Source: Neophaeotheca triangularis (lineage: Eukaryota). From it: a stretch of 64,000 nucleotides of DNA. Of this stretch, positions 23,508 to 36,471 are shown piece after piece (positions within the stretch are counted from its first letter, which is position 1; every line of letters starts with the position of its first letter). The notes below the pieces were generated by a model. That model saw nothing but the letters and a program-made list of their open reading frames with translations. It made no database searches and was not told the DNA's origin. The stretch covers positions 1 through 64,000 of the forward strand of contig BAAIJX010000008.1 of assembly GCA_054600435.1 (NCBI GenBank), given 5' to 3'. The translations under genes and the position numbers were made by a program.

Positions 23508-24825
23508 ATGGTCCGTCGATTGCTTCTCGAGGCCCTGGCCTTCCTGCCTTTGGTTTCGACCCAACGCGTGGGCAGCCCCGAATATCACCCACGACTGATC
23601 ACTGAGAGGTGCACTAAACGACATGGATGTAGACCTCAGAAGAATCTGATTGTTCTGGATGCATTGGCGCATGACATGACAGACGTCAACACAGGCGAAT
23701 CTTGCTACAATTCGACCGGGGGCTTTGCAGAAGAGAGTTGCCCTACCATTCAAGCCTGTGCGAGGAACTGCGCGCTCCAAGGCGTAAACTACGCAGACAA
23801 TGGAGTTTACACTCGCGGCAACGCCATGACGCTCCGACAGTACCTTACCATCGATGGCAATCTCACGTCAGTTTCACCACGTGTTTACCTCCTCGACCCC
23901 AGCGGAAGGAAGTACGAGAAAGTACAGCTCCTCAACCAGGAGTTCACATTCACTGTTGATGGATCGAATCTGCCGTGTGGCATGTAAGTTAGCCAGCCAC
24001 CTCTAGAGATAGAAACCTCGCTAATCAAGATCAAGGAACGGCGCCCTTTACCTTTCCGACATGGATATAGACGGTGGCCGGAGCAAGCTGAACCCTGCCG
24101 GCGCCACCTACGGAACCGGATACTGCGATGCTCAATGCTATACCCTTCCCTGGAGCAACGGAGTAGCCAACATCGCCGAGCGCGGCATCTGTTGCCAAGA
24201 AATGGACATCTGGGAAGGCAACGCGCGGGCAACCGGCTACACTCCCCACGCCTGCAACACCACAGGTCTCTACGAATGTACCAGCGAAGAAGAATGCGGT
24301 CTCGAGGACGGCATCTGCGACAAATGGGGCTGCGGCTTCAACCCCTACGCTCTCGGCGCGGAAGATTTCTACGGCTACCACAAGAAAGTCAACTCCAAGA
24401 AACCCATCACCGTCGTCACGCAATTTCTCACGGAAGATGAGACTCCCTCGGGCACCATGACCGAGATCCGCCGTCTCTACATCCAACACGGCAGACTCAT
24501 CCACAACGCGCGAGTCCAGTACAACAACCAGACCATCGACTCGCTCACGGAAAATTACTGCGCCGCTTCCGCCCCCTGGTACGGCGAGCGCGGCGGCATG
24601 GCGCAGATGGGAGACGCCATTGGACGCGGCATGGTGCTTGCCATGTCGATCTGGAACGACCAGACGGGTAACATGACTTGGTTGGATGGCGGGGATTCGG
24701 GACCTTGCAACAGTACCGAGGGCAACCCTGCTTTCATTGAGCGGACCAATCCTGGCACGTCCGTCACTTTCTCCGCTATCAAGTGGGGGGACATTGGGTC
24801 GACTTATAAGCTGAGGCATCGTTGA
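23508..24825 (+). CDS. Secreted GH7 endoglucanase (EG I/Cel7B type), no CBM1
   Basis: Signal peptide; SPRVYLL; LPCGMNGALY across intron 23984-24035; YGTGYCDAQC; catalytic EMDIWE; GMVLAMSIW. Confidence 0.92.
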
Positions 24826-25397
24826 TGACGGTCGTTGGTAACGAGGAGTCTGGTACTGGTCTGCAGATGGGAAGCCAATGGCTGTTTGTTATAGCTCTCG
24901 AGGTTTGGTCCAGCCGAAAGTCGGAGATCCACGATTGAAGCAATGTTCTCTTTCTTTTGAGTAAAGCGCACATTCGAATGAGAATCTTACATTTTGCATG
25001 TCTCCGTAATCGAGTGCCTGCTGGCCGACCAGGGTTCTCCTAATCGCAGAACCACTCAAACTCCGGCGCTATAGTATGAAGTTGACGGCAGACGGGCAAG
25101 TAATGTCTATGTATACGCTTTTACGACACAATAATTGGAAAGGAGGCCGTTCGCGGGACGATTTATCATGGTATAGTTCCGGGACCGACCACTTAGCCGT
25201 TAATGGAGGTCAGAGTTGCACGACTTGGATAGGTTAGCTTCAGCCGTAGACTTAGGCCTTTGGTTTTGTATTTATAATTTGCTCCCACCTCTAATCCCGA
25301 GGGCTACCTGCGTAGGGTATATGGTTTGAAGCCTCGTCCATTTACACGAAAGAAAGCCAACAAGAAAGACACCACACCAATCAACGGTCGACCGACA

Positions 25398-27139
25398 TCA
25401 CTGGCCCTTTGCTCCCTTGACACGCAAAGTCTCCTCCACTACGCTCCTCAGCTCTTTCCCTTCTGGTCCAGACTTGCTGCCGCGTCGCTTCTTCACCTCC
25501 TCCATGATCTCATCGACCATCTCGTCCCACTCAAGCCCAGGATCGGTCGGCACACCCATAGTGCTCGGCTGATCTGGCAAGCTCTCCATGCTCTGACCTC
25601 TGCTCAGCGCAGGGCGACTCGTTTGGCGCTGCTTGACCTTTTGCTGCAGATACGTCTTGCCTGGCGTGAGTAGGAAGAGCGAGAGAGCGAGCACGCCCAG
25701 GGGGCAGTAGAAGTAAACCTGTGTCCAGACAGACAACGAGTGGCGCAGAGTCAACAGGATGAAGGGAGCTGTGGTGAAGGAAAACGCGAGCTGTGTCACT
25801 AGCCATGTGAAGGCGTCGTAATAGCGCTTGTTAGAGGTTGGGGTCTTCCCATCCGCGGCCATGAACATTGGGCGTAGCAGGCGACGGGAGTCTTGAATCG
25901 TACAGTTAGCATGGTCCTAGAATTGAACGATGGTAGGTGGAATGGCAACTCACTTTTGGCAATATTTTGAATGAAGCCGGCCAGCACGAAGGCCATGTAG
26001 TAACCAGGGTAAAAACCGTGCCAGAAGGCGCTCGTGACGAAGGTAGCCATTGATGCCCTGAAACCGGGCTTCTTCCCTTTCGGCGTCACCCGCAAGTACA
26101 TGTAGTTCCTGAGCCAGTTATTGGTGTTCATGTTCCAGTTGCCCAAGTAAGCGTGGCTGTTCTGCGCAAACTCGACTCCCCAGGGATTAATATTCTGCAG
26201 TCGACTCCAGTCCGCTTTGCCTGTCTTTGGGTCTACACCTTTGTAGCCTATACCAGCAAGGATGCAGGCGCCTTCCGTCAGAGTCCAAACGCCGTAGTAT
26301 TTCATGCGAGCAACAAAGCTCATCATGTGCAGATGCCAAACACGTTTCGGTAGACTGAACTGCGCGTAGTCATCGCTCAAGAGAACGCTGGAACTATACC
26401 ACCCCGACATCTGCAAAAAAGCCAAAATCCACGCAAGACCGGTGATCATCTTGTAAGTTGCTGGAGCGCCACTTCGCGGAATCTTTCGCTGCTTACGCGT
26501 AGGAGGAGCTTTCGCCGGATCCGTTCCTGGCGGGACATCAAACATGCTCGTCTCCAACCATTTGCGGTAGTCGGCAAGATCGAATGCAGGACCTGCCATG
26601 AAGCTCGGGAAGAAGAAGACAAACGCCGCGTAGTCGAAAGGGTCAGGCATCTCTTTCAATGCTTTCTCGCGCTGGTACTCTGTCAGGCCAGACTGGTCCT
26701 GCTTACCATCCCAGACGTTCCAGCAAAAAGCGTTCAGTTTCATGACCATGACCATTTGCGCACCAGAAATGTCGACATTGCTGGGACTATCGGTGCGCTG
26801 CCGTTCGATGTGACTGATGGACATGTGGCCCATTAGGAAGACGAAGCCGATCCATGGCATATATGGGCCTTTGACGTATGCTGCAATGGCATAAGTGACG
26901 ACTGCGTCAAAAGCAACCAACAGAAGGCCACCCCAGAGGTCGAAGAGACCGACGAGATAGAAGAGGGAGACGGAAACGATGAAAGCATTTTTCACCTGAG
27001 GCTTGTTGTCGGGTAGCCTCTTGAGTAGAGCGGCCAGCGGGTAGGAGAGTAGGAAGGAAGTGATCATTTTCAGCTCGTCGGTCGATGCACCCAGCTGAGC
27101 GGCAGCGTATTCGAACGGTAGGTTGATGTAGGGAAGCAT
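25398..27139 (-). CDS. ALE1: MBOAT lysophospholipid acyltransferase Ale1
   Basis: WNMNTNNWLRNYMYLRV and SAFWHGFYPGYY MBOAT motifs; intron 25892-25953 joins the ORFs. Confidence 0.92.
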
Positions 27140-27948
27140 GATGACGATTTGCGAGACGTCTTGGGTCGATTGCTTCGCGTTTGCTTGGGTTCGAGAGAGA
27201 TGATTATGTAGAGCTTGCCCAGCTAGATGAGGAGGAGCATGGCACGGCTGTCGTCTAGGAAGAGGAAGAGGAAGTCGAGTTCAAGAGTTGTTGTTGTTGT
27301 TGCCGGCGGCTCTCATAACACGTGGAAAAGGGAGAATTATTTGGTCATCAGGGCGAAGATGAAGTGTCAAGGGTGTGGCACGATGTGTATCGAGATATAA
27401 GGTATACTAGTTAGTAGTAGGCGTAACTCACCAAAAAGCTCACCGCAAGCTGGTCTCGCGGGTGTTCCAAGTGTTTTTGAAACCGGCCCAGGCCCACCCA
27501 GCGCCCAGCTGGAGGTTTTCATTGTTTGGGTCACGGTGAAGCTGCGACCAGACGTCATTATTCTCCTTGCCGAACAGTTCATGCAATCGGGATGCGTCTA
27601 CTGCGACTGCATCATTTGGAGCCTACTGTACAAGGGAAAACGTGACAGTAGTAGGTACATTCGGTCAAATTGTAATTCCATACTGCAGTGAATCACCTGG
27701 AAGGGCAACTCGCCCACAAAACCAATGCTCCAAATCGCAAGCTCTTCAGACGAAGCGTCCCCAAGGCCAAAACCCGGCATTACCTACCCTCTGTTCCGCA
27801 TTCCCTGCCACCAAGCTTCCTACTGCCTTTTAGCAGTACCCAAGACTAATCGCCTTCAAACTCCCAAACTCCTCGCTGCACGCAAAACGAGGTATCGTAG
27901 CAAAACATGTGGCCTTTCCCACGACGCATTCCTGCACTTGCCTCCATA

Positions 27949-28603
27949 TCAACCCAATCCTCCCCAAGCCCCCCTTATACGGCGTGCGAGTTGGATGTCC
28001 TTCTGCATGATGGTGACTCGCTTGGCGTGGATGGCGCATAGGTTGGTGTCCTCGAAGAGATGCACGAGGAAAGCCTCGGCTGCCTCCTGCAACGCCTGAA
28101 TGGCCTGCGATTGCCATCGATGGACGTCTGAGCTGATGGGTGCCATGTTGAGGGATATTTCGCGGACCTAATAAACGATCAGCACCACATTACCCCATAT
28201 CAATCAAAGTTTGCGAGCGTCTACGAACCAGGCGTGAGAAGGGTAGCTTCTGCATGAGCAAGTCCGTAGACTTCTGGTACCTCCGAATCTCCCTGAGCGC
28301 GACAGTGCCTGGCTTGTATCGAGGCTTCTTGCGTCCTGGACTCGACGCTGCACTGTGTTAGTCTTTGTACGCCAACGCGCGTGCCTCCTAATCTCCAGCA
28401 TGTTATGTAGCCTCCTCTTTTTCTCACAGACAGGGCACCTTCATCCTTCCGCGTCTGGAACTGCGCTCTCCCGTCAACGCACCTTGTGTTGCAGCACTTA
28501 TGCGCCGTGGTGCCTTTGTAGATAACGCTTTCCCGCCTACCGCACGCTTCTCCCCAGTGCTCTGCCTGCCGACTCGACCAGAGGCTTGCGCAGTTCGAGC
28601 CAT
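27949..28603 (-). CDS. CSE4: Centromeric histone H3 variant CENP-A
   Basis: Three exons; [22 protein letters not shown], longer loop 1 ([12 protein letters not shown]), RWQSQ instead of RFQSS, VHLFED, C-terminus [11 protein letters not shown]. Confidence 0.9.
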
Positions 28604-29207
28604 TGTAAAACTTGCTCAGCACTCGATTCGGCGTGCTCTAGCGATAGGGATGGTGAGGGCAGAGTATCGCTAACTGGACGTGCCAGGGCGGAACAAATGC
28701 ACAAGGATGGTGTTAAGACTCGATGCGCTCCGTGGAGTCAGGTCTCCGTGCCAGTTGCGCTTTGTTTAAAGGTATGCGGTCGAGGATCCGGGCGAACAGT
28801 GATGCAGCGGCCGATTGGTACAGTGTTGTTACAGCGTGGTGAACCTAGAAGGCGGCAGATGGGACTTTGTTGTGTTTGGATAGAACGCGCCCACAGAGCT
28901 GGGCAATCACCCCCGCGTTCCGGCGGCCGCGCGGGTAGGGCTGAAGACCCCATGCAGTCGTACATGACCTCAGCCCGAATGCCACTTGCCGACGCCGCTT
29001 TGATGAGACAAAACACCACCTGGCCTTTGACCTTTGATAGGTAACACATCAGACATAAATATCGACACTCAGTCACAGAACAAGGTGGCAAGCCTCGTAA
29101 TCGAACAGCTGGACATGTATACGCAGAAGTAAAGGTCGCAACCACCCATCGCTTCCACCCAGACGCCAGGCCAGTAATCGGACAAAGCCCCCACTACATT
29201 CGACACT

Positions 29208-30079
29208 ATGGCTGCAATGCTCGGCGCCGGCGATGGCGCACTGGGACAGGTGCCGCTCGAGCAGTGGTTCTTCGAGATGCCAGTCTGCACCAGATGGTGG
29301 ACCACCGCGACGGTCCTCACTGGCGTGCTCGTACAATGCCGCGTCCTCAACTCATTCCAACTGTTCTACAGCTTCCGGTGAGTGTCCTAACTACTACCTA
29401 AACCTAAACAAACCCCTCGGATCATTGACATCTACCTAGTGCCGTTTTCCACAAGTCCCAGTACTGGCGCCTAATCACCACGTTCATATACTTCGGTCCA
29501 CTCTCGCTGAACCTCCTCTTCCACATCTTCTTCATCCAGAGATATGCGCGCATGTTGGAAGAGTCGGCCGCTAGCGTCGCACACTTCAGCTGGCTCCTCG
29601 CCTACGCCGCCACGACACTGCTGGCCATAGCACCCATGTTCAGTCAGATCTATCTGGGAACCACACTCAGCTCGACCTTGGTCTACATATGGAGTAGAAG
29701 GAACCCAGACACTAGACTGAGCTTTTTGGGGCTGTTGACGTTCAAGGCGCCGTTTTTGCCATGGGTGCTGATTGCTTTCAACGTGGTGCTGCATGGACAT
29801 TGGCCGAAGGATGAGCTTTGCGGAATTGTGGTTGGGCATGGTGAGTTGCGCTCTTCTATGAAGCTGACATAATTCACAACAGCTGACTAACTCTTGGTAG
29901 TATGGTATTTCTTCAACGACATATATCCTTCCACCCATAACGGCCACCGCCCAATGGACCCTCCGCAGTGGTGGATACGGCTATTCGAACGACAGCCGCT
30001 ACCCGCCGCAGAGACTGACGTCCAGGACGCTGCTATAGACAGGGACATCGCGGCTGGAGCAGTACCAGAGGTGCGATAA
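29208..30079 (+). CDS. DER1: Derlin (ERAD) Der1
   Basis: MPVCTRWW, QYWRLITTFIYFG, YIWSRRNP, APFLPWVL, GIVVGH; two introns. Confidence 0.92.
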
Positions 30080-30397
30080 CAGGGGGTTTGTGGGGATTCG
30101 AGCGGGCGTTCACTGCAGTAGTATCGACAATTGATATCTTCCTACAACCGATTCGGTTGCAAACACCACTCTTTAGCATTCGTTGTCTGCCAGGCTCGCG
30201 CAAACGCTTAAAAGCCTATCGTCTCGCGCATCATTCAACTATGCTACTTGTGCCGACCGAGAAAGCGAACGTCCCGAGACAAGACAGTCGAGGATGCGCG
30301 CGCTATGCCCAAGGGTGTAGGTTTTCTGATGATGTGAGCTCCTCTGTTCTCCCCTCCAGTTTGTCTGGTAATCTTTCAGAAGCGCGTTTGTAGTTCC

Positions 30398-31100
30398 TTA
30401 CTCCTCCTTGGCGCCACCACGGCCAGCCTTCTCAGCAGCCTCGAAGCTCTTCTGGTCCGTCTTGATCTCGTTGCTACCCTGACCACCCATCATGCCCATC
30501 ATACCAGCAGCAGCCTTCCATGGCCTCTTGAGGTCTCCAACCGCGGGCTGGCCGAACAGGTGCACCTTAACCAGGTTGCCCTCGAAAGCGCCTTTGAGCG
30601 GGATGATCGACTGAATGAGGAGCGGGTTGGTGTATTTGAAGTACAGGTGCATCACGCACATCATGCCGACACCCATGAGTTGAGCCTTGAAGAGGCCGCG
30701 GAGCTGTTGCAGGTCGTAGGCGTGGATGGTGGTGGTGACGGCCTTGGGCTCCTCGGTACTACCCATGGGTGCCGGCTCGACGTACTTGAGAACGGTCATG
30801 TCTGCGCGGTCATGTCAGCTCCCGTTTCTGATATCCTTCAAGCCGCGCATTGCATCGTACCTTTCTTCTTGTCGATCTGCATCTTCACGTAGAAGTAGAC
30901 GCCGGCGATGATGAGGTTGCTGATCACGTAGAGAGCGCGCACACCATTGAGCACGTTAGGGTCGTCAAAGGGCACCTTTTTGCTCGCCTGCATCATCACC
31001 AGGATGATGATGAGGTTGGTTCTGTCGCATTCGCGTCAGTCTTGGTTCCTGTACGATTCCATCCTTTTCCACGGCAAACAACCTACATTTGCGGATTCAT
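30398..31100 (-). CDS. PHO88: Pho88/Snd3 ER membrane protein
   Basis: MNPQITNLIIILVMMQASKKVPFDDP...LKYVEP...MHLYFKYTNPLLIQSIIP...DLKRPW; two introns. Confidence 0.92.
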
Positions 31101-31506
31101 GGTGGCGGTGATGTGGTAGCTTGCAAGGATCAAGATCGGTTATTAGGTTGCCCGGCTGAAGTTAAGAAGTGTGCTTGGTAAAAGTAAGTAGGTTGGAGGG
31201 GAATGTGGTTGGTCTGATCACCCAGGCAAAATACGTCGCATCTTCCGTCCGCATCTGTGAAGGTCTGCGAAGTATTGCCGACGACTCGCTACAACGCTCG
31301 GGCTTGGCGCCGATCTTCACACTCTTAGTAGGTCTGTAGGTCGGAGGTACAGAGCTTCGGTAGTCACGGGAATAGGAATACATTCAAAGGGCAACGACTG
31401 TCCAGACCGCGCCATTTAATGGCCTACATTTTACAGTGTTACAGCGCAGACATGTTGCTCTAAAACATTGGGTATCTCTTTCTCCGCGAACCGGCAACAC
31501 TACGTC

Positions 31507-32208
31507 CTACATGGCAACCCCTCGGAATCGCTTCACAAGTCTCTCGGCCTCGCCCTGATCCCGCAGCCTTTGACCCAAGAAGCCTTTCAAATCGTCCCAG
31601 AACTCGTCCGTCTGTAGTATCGCGCCTGCCCCTTCATCTTCAGCTGCAGGTGTGGTGTGCTCGGCCACTTCTTGGGCCTTTTCACTGGTAGGCGCTGGCG
31701 CTTTGCTGTCTATCTCCATGGGATCGTTGGTAGGAATGGAAGCAGCAGGGTCGGTTTTCTCTTTAGCTGGAGAAGCCACGCTTGGTGTTGTTCCTCCACC
31801 ACCCATGATCATGACGCTAAACTCGACGCTCCCGCCATCGACTCCAAGTTCCTTGAGTGTCTTGAGATCCGCTGCCGGCTTCTTGTTGAGAAGAACCTTG
31901 ACCTTGTCTTGTTGGTGCCCGGATTTTTGAGCGTATTGCGTCTTAACATCGTGGATCGTGCTGTCAAGTTCGAGATCGGGAATGGTCACGGTCTCTCCTC
32001 CACGCATTGGTCTGAGGGTAGCTGTGATGGAGACTGTGGTAGTGGCCCCGGATTGCTGTTTTCGAGGGAAAGGATGCGTTCGCTTAGGAAGTATGTAGGG
32101 ACTCTGCCCGGGATATTGTCTTTGATCACTGACATGGTCGTTGGCCAATTTGATGGGCTTCTTATCCAGCGTCGCTAGGAATGACTTTGCAAAGGTGACC
32201 TCCGACAT
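31507..32208 (-). CDS. Get5/Mdy2-like ubiquitin-like protein
   Basis: N-terminal MSEVTFAKSFLATLDKKPIKL, central UBL, C-terminal FWDDLKGFL dimerisation-type motif. Confidence 0.8.
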   Translation of the reverse strand: MSEVTFAKSFLATLDKKPIKLANDHVSDQRQYPGQSPYILPKRTHPFPRKQQSGATTTVSITATLRPMRGGETVTIPDLELDSTIHDVKTQYAQKSGHQQDKVKVLLNKKPAADLKTLKELGVDGGSVEFSVMIMGGGGTTPSVASPAKEKTDPAASIPTNDPMEIDSKAPAPTSEKAQEVAEHTTPAAEDEGAGAILQTDEFWDDLKGFLGQRLRDQGEAERLVKRFRGVAM

Positions 32209-33013
32209 GGTGTATTTCACAAAACCAGAGTAGAGGGTGTCGTTTTCGGTAAAGAACGCCAGGATGTGCTTGCGTCGGGGATAGAATGAACGCGAGGGAG
32301 TCGTCTCAGCTGCGGCACAAGGTTGGGATCAACGCCGTGTGCTCTGGCAGGGGAGGTGTCGGTAGTGACGGCAGTTTGGGAGCCTGATAGGTGTGGTCGG
32401 GGTTCCTGAAGGCGTTGGTACGTAGAGTGATGTGGTTTGCGTACTCGTGTCGTTGTAGGCAACAAAGAGGGCATGAAGGTGTTCGTCGCTGGTGCTCTAA
32501 GTAGGTAACCGTAGGTACCTAGGTTGTCCTCGGGCACGTGCCCCACCAGATGCGGTCAGAGTCCCGCCCCGCCAAGCTCTCAATCACCTCACGCAGCAAC
32601 GGTGACGGAGCGTAAGGGTAGGTGGGCGGGATTTATCGCGTTCGCTGAGAGATGACGGAGCCCCTCCAAAACACCCGACCCGGCTCGCCTGCCCTGCCCG
32701 TCTTGTCCTGCCACCGTAACTTCAACCGTAGGCATACCTTAACTTCCAATCTCCATTTGGCCTGTTCAGCTGCTTCACACACTACGAGGTACTCTGCCAA
32801 TCCCCAATTCTGCTGCCTTAGCTCCGACACAAAAAAGTAATACAGTCCCCCTTCCCAGCCCACGCCTACCCTCAACTCACTTCCACCGGCGGACGCTTGC
32901 TTGGCCTCGTCGCTATCGTCACAGACCCGCTGACCTTCACTCTCCCTTATAGGAAAGCCCAGGCTTCTGAAACGAACGGATAACATCTTACTGCCTCTAT
33001 CAAACCTACAGCC

Positions 33014-33643
33014 ATGGTATGTCTGCCCAGCCTTTCACATTCTGTCTAGCTAATTCTGACCGACCTGACTCAGGCGCAATCAGGGTAAGCCTATACTCGA
33101 CAGAACATCGACATCCGTCGTAAACCCTTCTAACCCCTTGGCGGTTATAGAGTCTCCGTAACGCCAGACTGCATCTCTGCCTTCAACGACCTCAAGCTTG
33201 GCAAGAGCACAAAATGGATCATCTACAAAATCTCGGACGACTGGAAGGAGATTCAGGTTGAGGAGTCGAGCAGCGATCCCGACTACTCCAAGTTCAGGGA
33301 GAAGCTCGTCAACGCAAAGAGCAAGGACAAGAAGGGGCAAGAAGGCAAGGGTGGTCGCTATGCCGTCTTCGACATGGAGTTTGACGCACCGGGCGGTGAG
33401 GGCAAGAGAAGCAAGATCACCTTCATCTCTTGGGTTCCTGACGACGCCGCGCAATACGTAAGCTTACAAAACCTCCCGTCGCAATGCTACCGCTAACACC
33501 TTGTCAAGCCCCGCATGATGTACTCTTCTTCCAAGGACGCACTCAAGCGCGCTCTGAACGGCATCGCTGCCGACATCCAGGCCAATGACGAGGACGACAT
33601 CGAGTACGACACTTTGATTCAGAGGGTTTCCAAGGGTCGCTAG
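33014..33643 (+). CDS. COF1: Cofilin/ADF
   Basis: ATG-only exon, 11-nt micro-exon 33074-33084, introns to 33150 and 33458-33508; WIIYKISDD, RYAVFD, KITFISWVPDDA, RMMYSSSKDALKRALNG. Confidence 0.95.
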
Positions 33644-34317
33644 AGGTCGATTTCAACTCAAGGTCTCGTGGGCGAGCACATGACAGTCGAGAAATGCAGC
33701 AAGCATACAATGTGCATCGCCATCCGAAGGCGCACGCTCGTCGCACGGTGGAAATGAAGTCGCCTCTACCACTGACAATTAGAGATGGGCGCGGTGCTTC
33801 CCCAGCGGCTTGGCGGCTTGCGTTATAGATGATTACCTACGATGGAAAGAATAGTCCCAGCTCGATCTTGCTTCTTCCCTTACAGACAAGCTTTCCATAC
33901 CAACTTCGCTGATACGTCCACAACAAGATGTTGACTGCGCTAAGGCTGACCAGCGAAGCTAATCGCTATTATGACTGCGTTTTGTTCAACTCGAGGCTCC
34001 ATATCCTGATACAATGGTAACTGGTTGCAATCAGCTTGACTGCGGCTCACTCTCATTGGCGCTGGCTAGGCGCTGGTGCCATTGCCTTGCTCGTATTTGC
34101 ACTCGCATCATTGACGGTAGCAGTTCTTCCCACTCAGCGCGGCTGTCACCACCATTCGACGGCAACACTTTGCACTGTGCGTTCCTCTATGAGAGTGGCA
34201 ATTTCCGGCTTCCTTTCTGAACAATCTCAGCAGTCGAATCGTTGCTTCTGGCCGCGGTTCAGATGGATTTCCCCCGTTCCCCTTGAAAATACCATCACAA
34301 AGTCGACATCCATACTA

Positions 34318-36228
34318 ATGAGCGTCTCAACGGCCATCCAGCCACCCACGCCTGCATATCAGTCTCCTGGTAAGGGGCAAGCTATCGGCAAGAAGTTAAA
34401 GCACGCTTGCAGAGCTTTCAAGCAATTCTGGCTCGGAACTCCTCTGCCCAAGGATGAGACCAAAAGCGGACAATCAGATGGTGGTCGCGTGAATGTAGTC
34501 AACGAACTGCACGAGCTTGAGTGCAACGAGCGGCGCCCGAACGGTGGAGCGGATAGATGTCGCGACTCACTCAACCGCCGGCCAAGCAGTGCACAAGCAG
34601 AACAAACACCCGCAATCGATTCGCGTCATCAAAGGCCGGATCATCCCAGGGCACTCTGTCATCCTGACGAACGCAGAGTGGCGCAGTCTGTGTTCACTCC
34701 GGCCACAGGAAGCCTCCGCGTACGTTCCAGGACGAACGAAGTCTATCAACAGCAACAATCACATCCACCTACTAGTCTACTTGGCTCGCAGGCGACCGCG
34801 ACTGATTCAGCGCTCAGGTTGCGTCGCGGAGTCTCGGATGCCCATCATCGCAGTGTCAGAAGCGTGCATTCAACTTCACGTTGTGTCAACACGTCTCAAA
34901 CGGTGCGCAGGCCATCGCAAGCTCGAAGTCGCCGTGATGCAGAGAGTGATTACTATTTGACATCGATTCACGAGTATACACCCAGGCGTGTAGCTGCACC
35001 TGAATTCGATCAAACACCTCACAGCAGTACTCTGGGAACTGGTTACGTCCGCCAAAGCTTGCCTATTATCTGTTATCCGGGGCAGCAACTTGGAAGTCCT
35101 CCCGTAGCGCAGCCCGTTATCCAACGCTCAGCAACTTTCGCTTCGCCCCTATCAAGACGAGCGAATGTGCAGTATGAGCTTAGGCCATCCCTTGCGTCCC
35201 CAATGGCCTTGAGTACTTCGCAAGCGGCTGCCCAGTCTAGTCATGTTATTCCCTGCCATCCTGTGGTAAGCAACCATGGGTACGCACCGTCAACAGCATC
35301 GGAACCTCTCCATCAACCGAGGCAACGGCTATCCCGGTATCGCTCACAAAGCTCGACGAGAAACAGATACGTAGCAAACATCCATGGACATTTCCCGACA
35401 CTTACTCAAACGATACCAATACCACCTGTTCCCCAAATCCCTGCTCATCCCTCGGATGGAACTAGCTGGAATTCCGTAGTGGACAGGCGGAATGCCTCGC
35501 CATCATCGGTCTCGCACATGCAGCCTCCAACAATAACTCCTCACACTTCACCCTCCAGCTCGGCTGCTCAACCAGGCTCGCTTGGGGCTGTTATAAACGA
35601 AGCACCCTCCTCGCACAACGCCGTCATCAATGAATCGCGTACTTGGGATCATTTAGCCAGGGACTCGGTCTGTGCTGCCTTTGAATGGCCATGGCAATAC
35701 CGTAATGGACCAGAACCGGAAACAGACCTTGGAGAACCTCGCGCAGCAACAACCGCGGCATACGATTGCGGACCTTCAATTGCCACAGATTGCCAGCAGT
35801 CCTTGGTCGAAGAAAGGAGCATTGAAGAGAAAAAAGAGACGAGCACTCCCCACGAAAGGCATCGATGCCATTGCGCAGAATGCTTCCACTGGAGGATGGC
35901 GTACCGCTACGGGCACTACGCTATCAAGGAACGACTCAACAACCTCGAAACGCTCCACGAGACTTATAGCTCCAACCTGCAACGAGCTTTCCAGGATCTA
36001 TCTTCACGATGCTACGAAGATTTTCTGAAGTTGCAAGAGACTGCCGTTGCGCTGCCCAATCGGCCAGCTTGGATGAGGACCATCCAAGGGGAAGATCAAG
36101 AGTTTGCGGTCTTTGCCTCGCGGCTCGCAAAGCACGAGGCTGAGACGAAGAAGGCAAACGAATGGATACTTCGAGAGTTGCGACAGATTGGCGCCCGGGC
36201 GAGAGTGTTTGAAAGCGACTATCAGTAG
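34318..36228 (+). CDS. Hypothetical protein (disordered S/P/R-rich, C-terminal helical region)
   Basis: Uninterrupted ORF of more than 600 codons; no recognised family; start codon uncertain. Confidence 0.6.
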   Translation: MSVSTAIQPPTPAYQSPGKGQAIGKKLKHACRAFKQFWLGTPLPKDETKSGQSDGGRVNVVNELHELECNERRPNGGADRCRDSLNRRPSSAQAEQTPAIDSRHQRPDHPRALCHPDERRVAQSVFTPATGSLRVRSRTNEVYQQQQSHPPTSLLGSQATATDSALRLRRGVSDAHHRSVRSVHSTSRCVNTSQTVRRPSQARSRRDAESDYYLTSIHEYTPRRVAAPEFDQTPHSSTLGTGYVRQSLPIICYPGQQLGSPPVAQPVIQRSATFASPLSRRANVQYELRPSLASPMALSTSQAAAQSSHVIPCHPVVSNHGYAPSTASEPLHQPRQRLSRYRSQSSTRNRYVANIHGHFPTLTQTIPIPPVPQIPAHPSDGTSWNSVVDRRNASPSSVSHMQPPTITPHTSPSSSAAQPGSLGAVINEAPSSHNAVINESRTWDHLARDSVCAAFEWPWQYRNGPEPETDLGEPRAATTAAYDCGPSIATDCQQSLVEERSIEEKKETSTPHERHRCHCAECFHWRMAYRYGHYAIKERLNNLETLHETYSSNLQRAFQDLSSRCYEDFLKLQETAVALPNRPAWMRTIQGEDQEFAVFASRLAKHEAETKKANEWILRELRQIGARARVFESDYQ

Positions 36229-36471
36229 TGATGCGGGATACTAGAGTCAGTAGTGCAGATTGAGAAGGATTCGATGTGGAGTTGTGACGATCCTAAAGTG
36301 CCTTGAATGCCCGCCAAGAGTAGCATCATGTTTTTCCAATAGAAGACTCGACGATCCAGTCGCTGAACGGGGTCTGCATGAGGAAGAACTCGCGACCTCC
36401 CGTTACGCGGGAGAACGACGAGCTTGGGTAGCATGAAGCAGGCCTGCCTCCTGAACGCAGCACGTTGCAAG

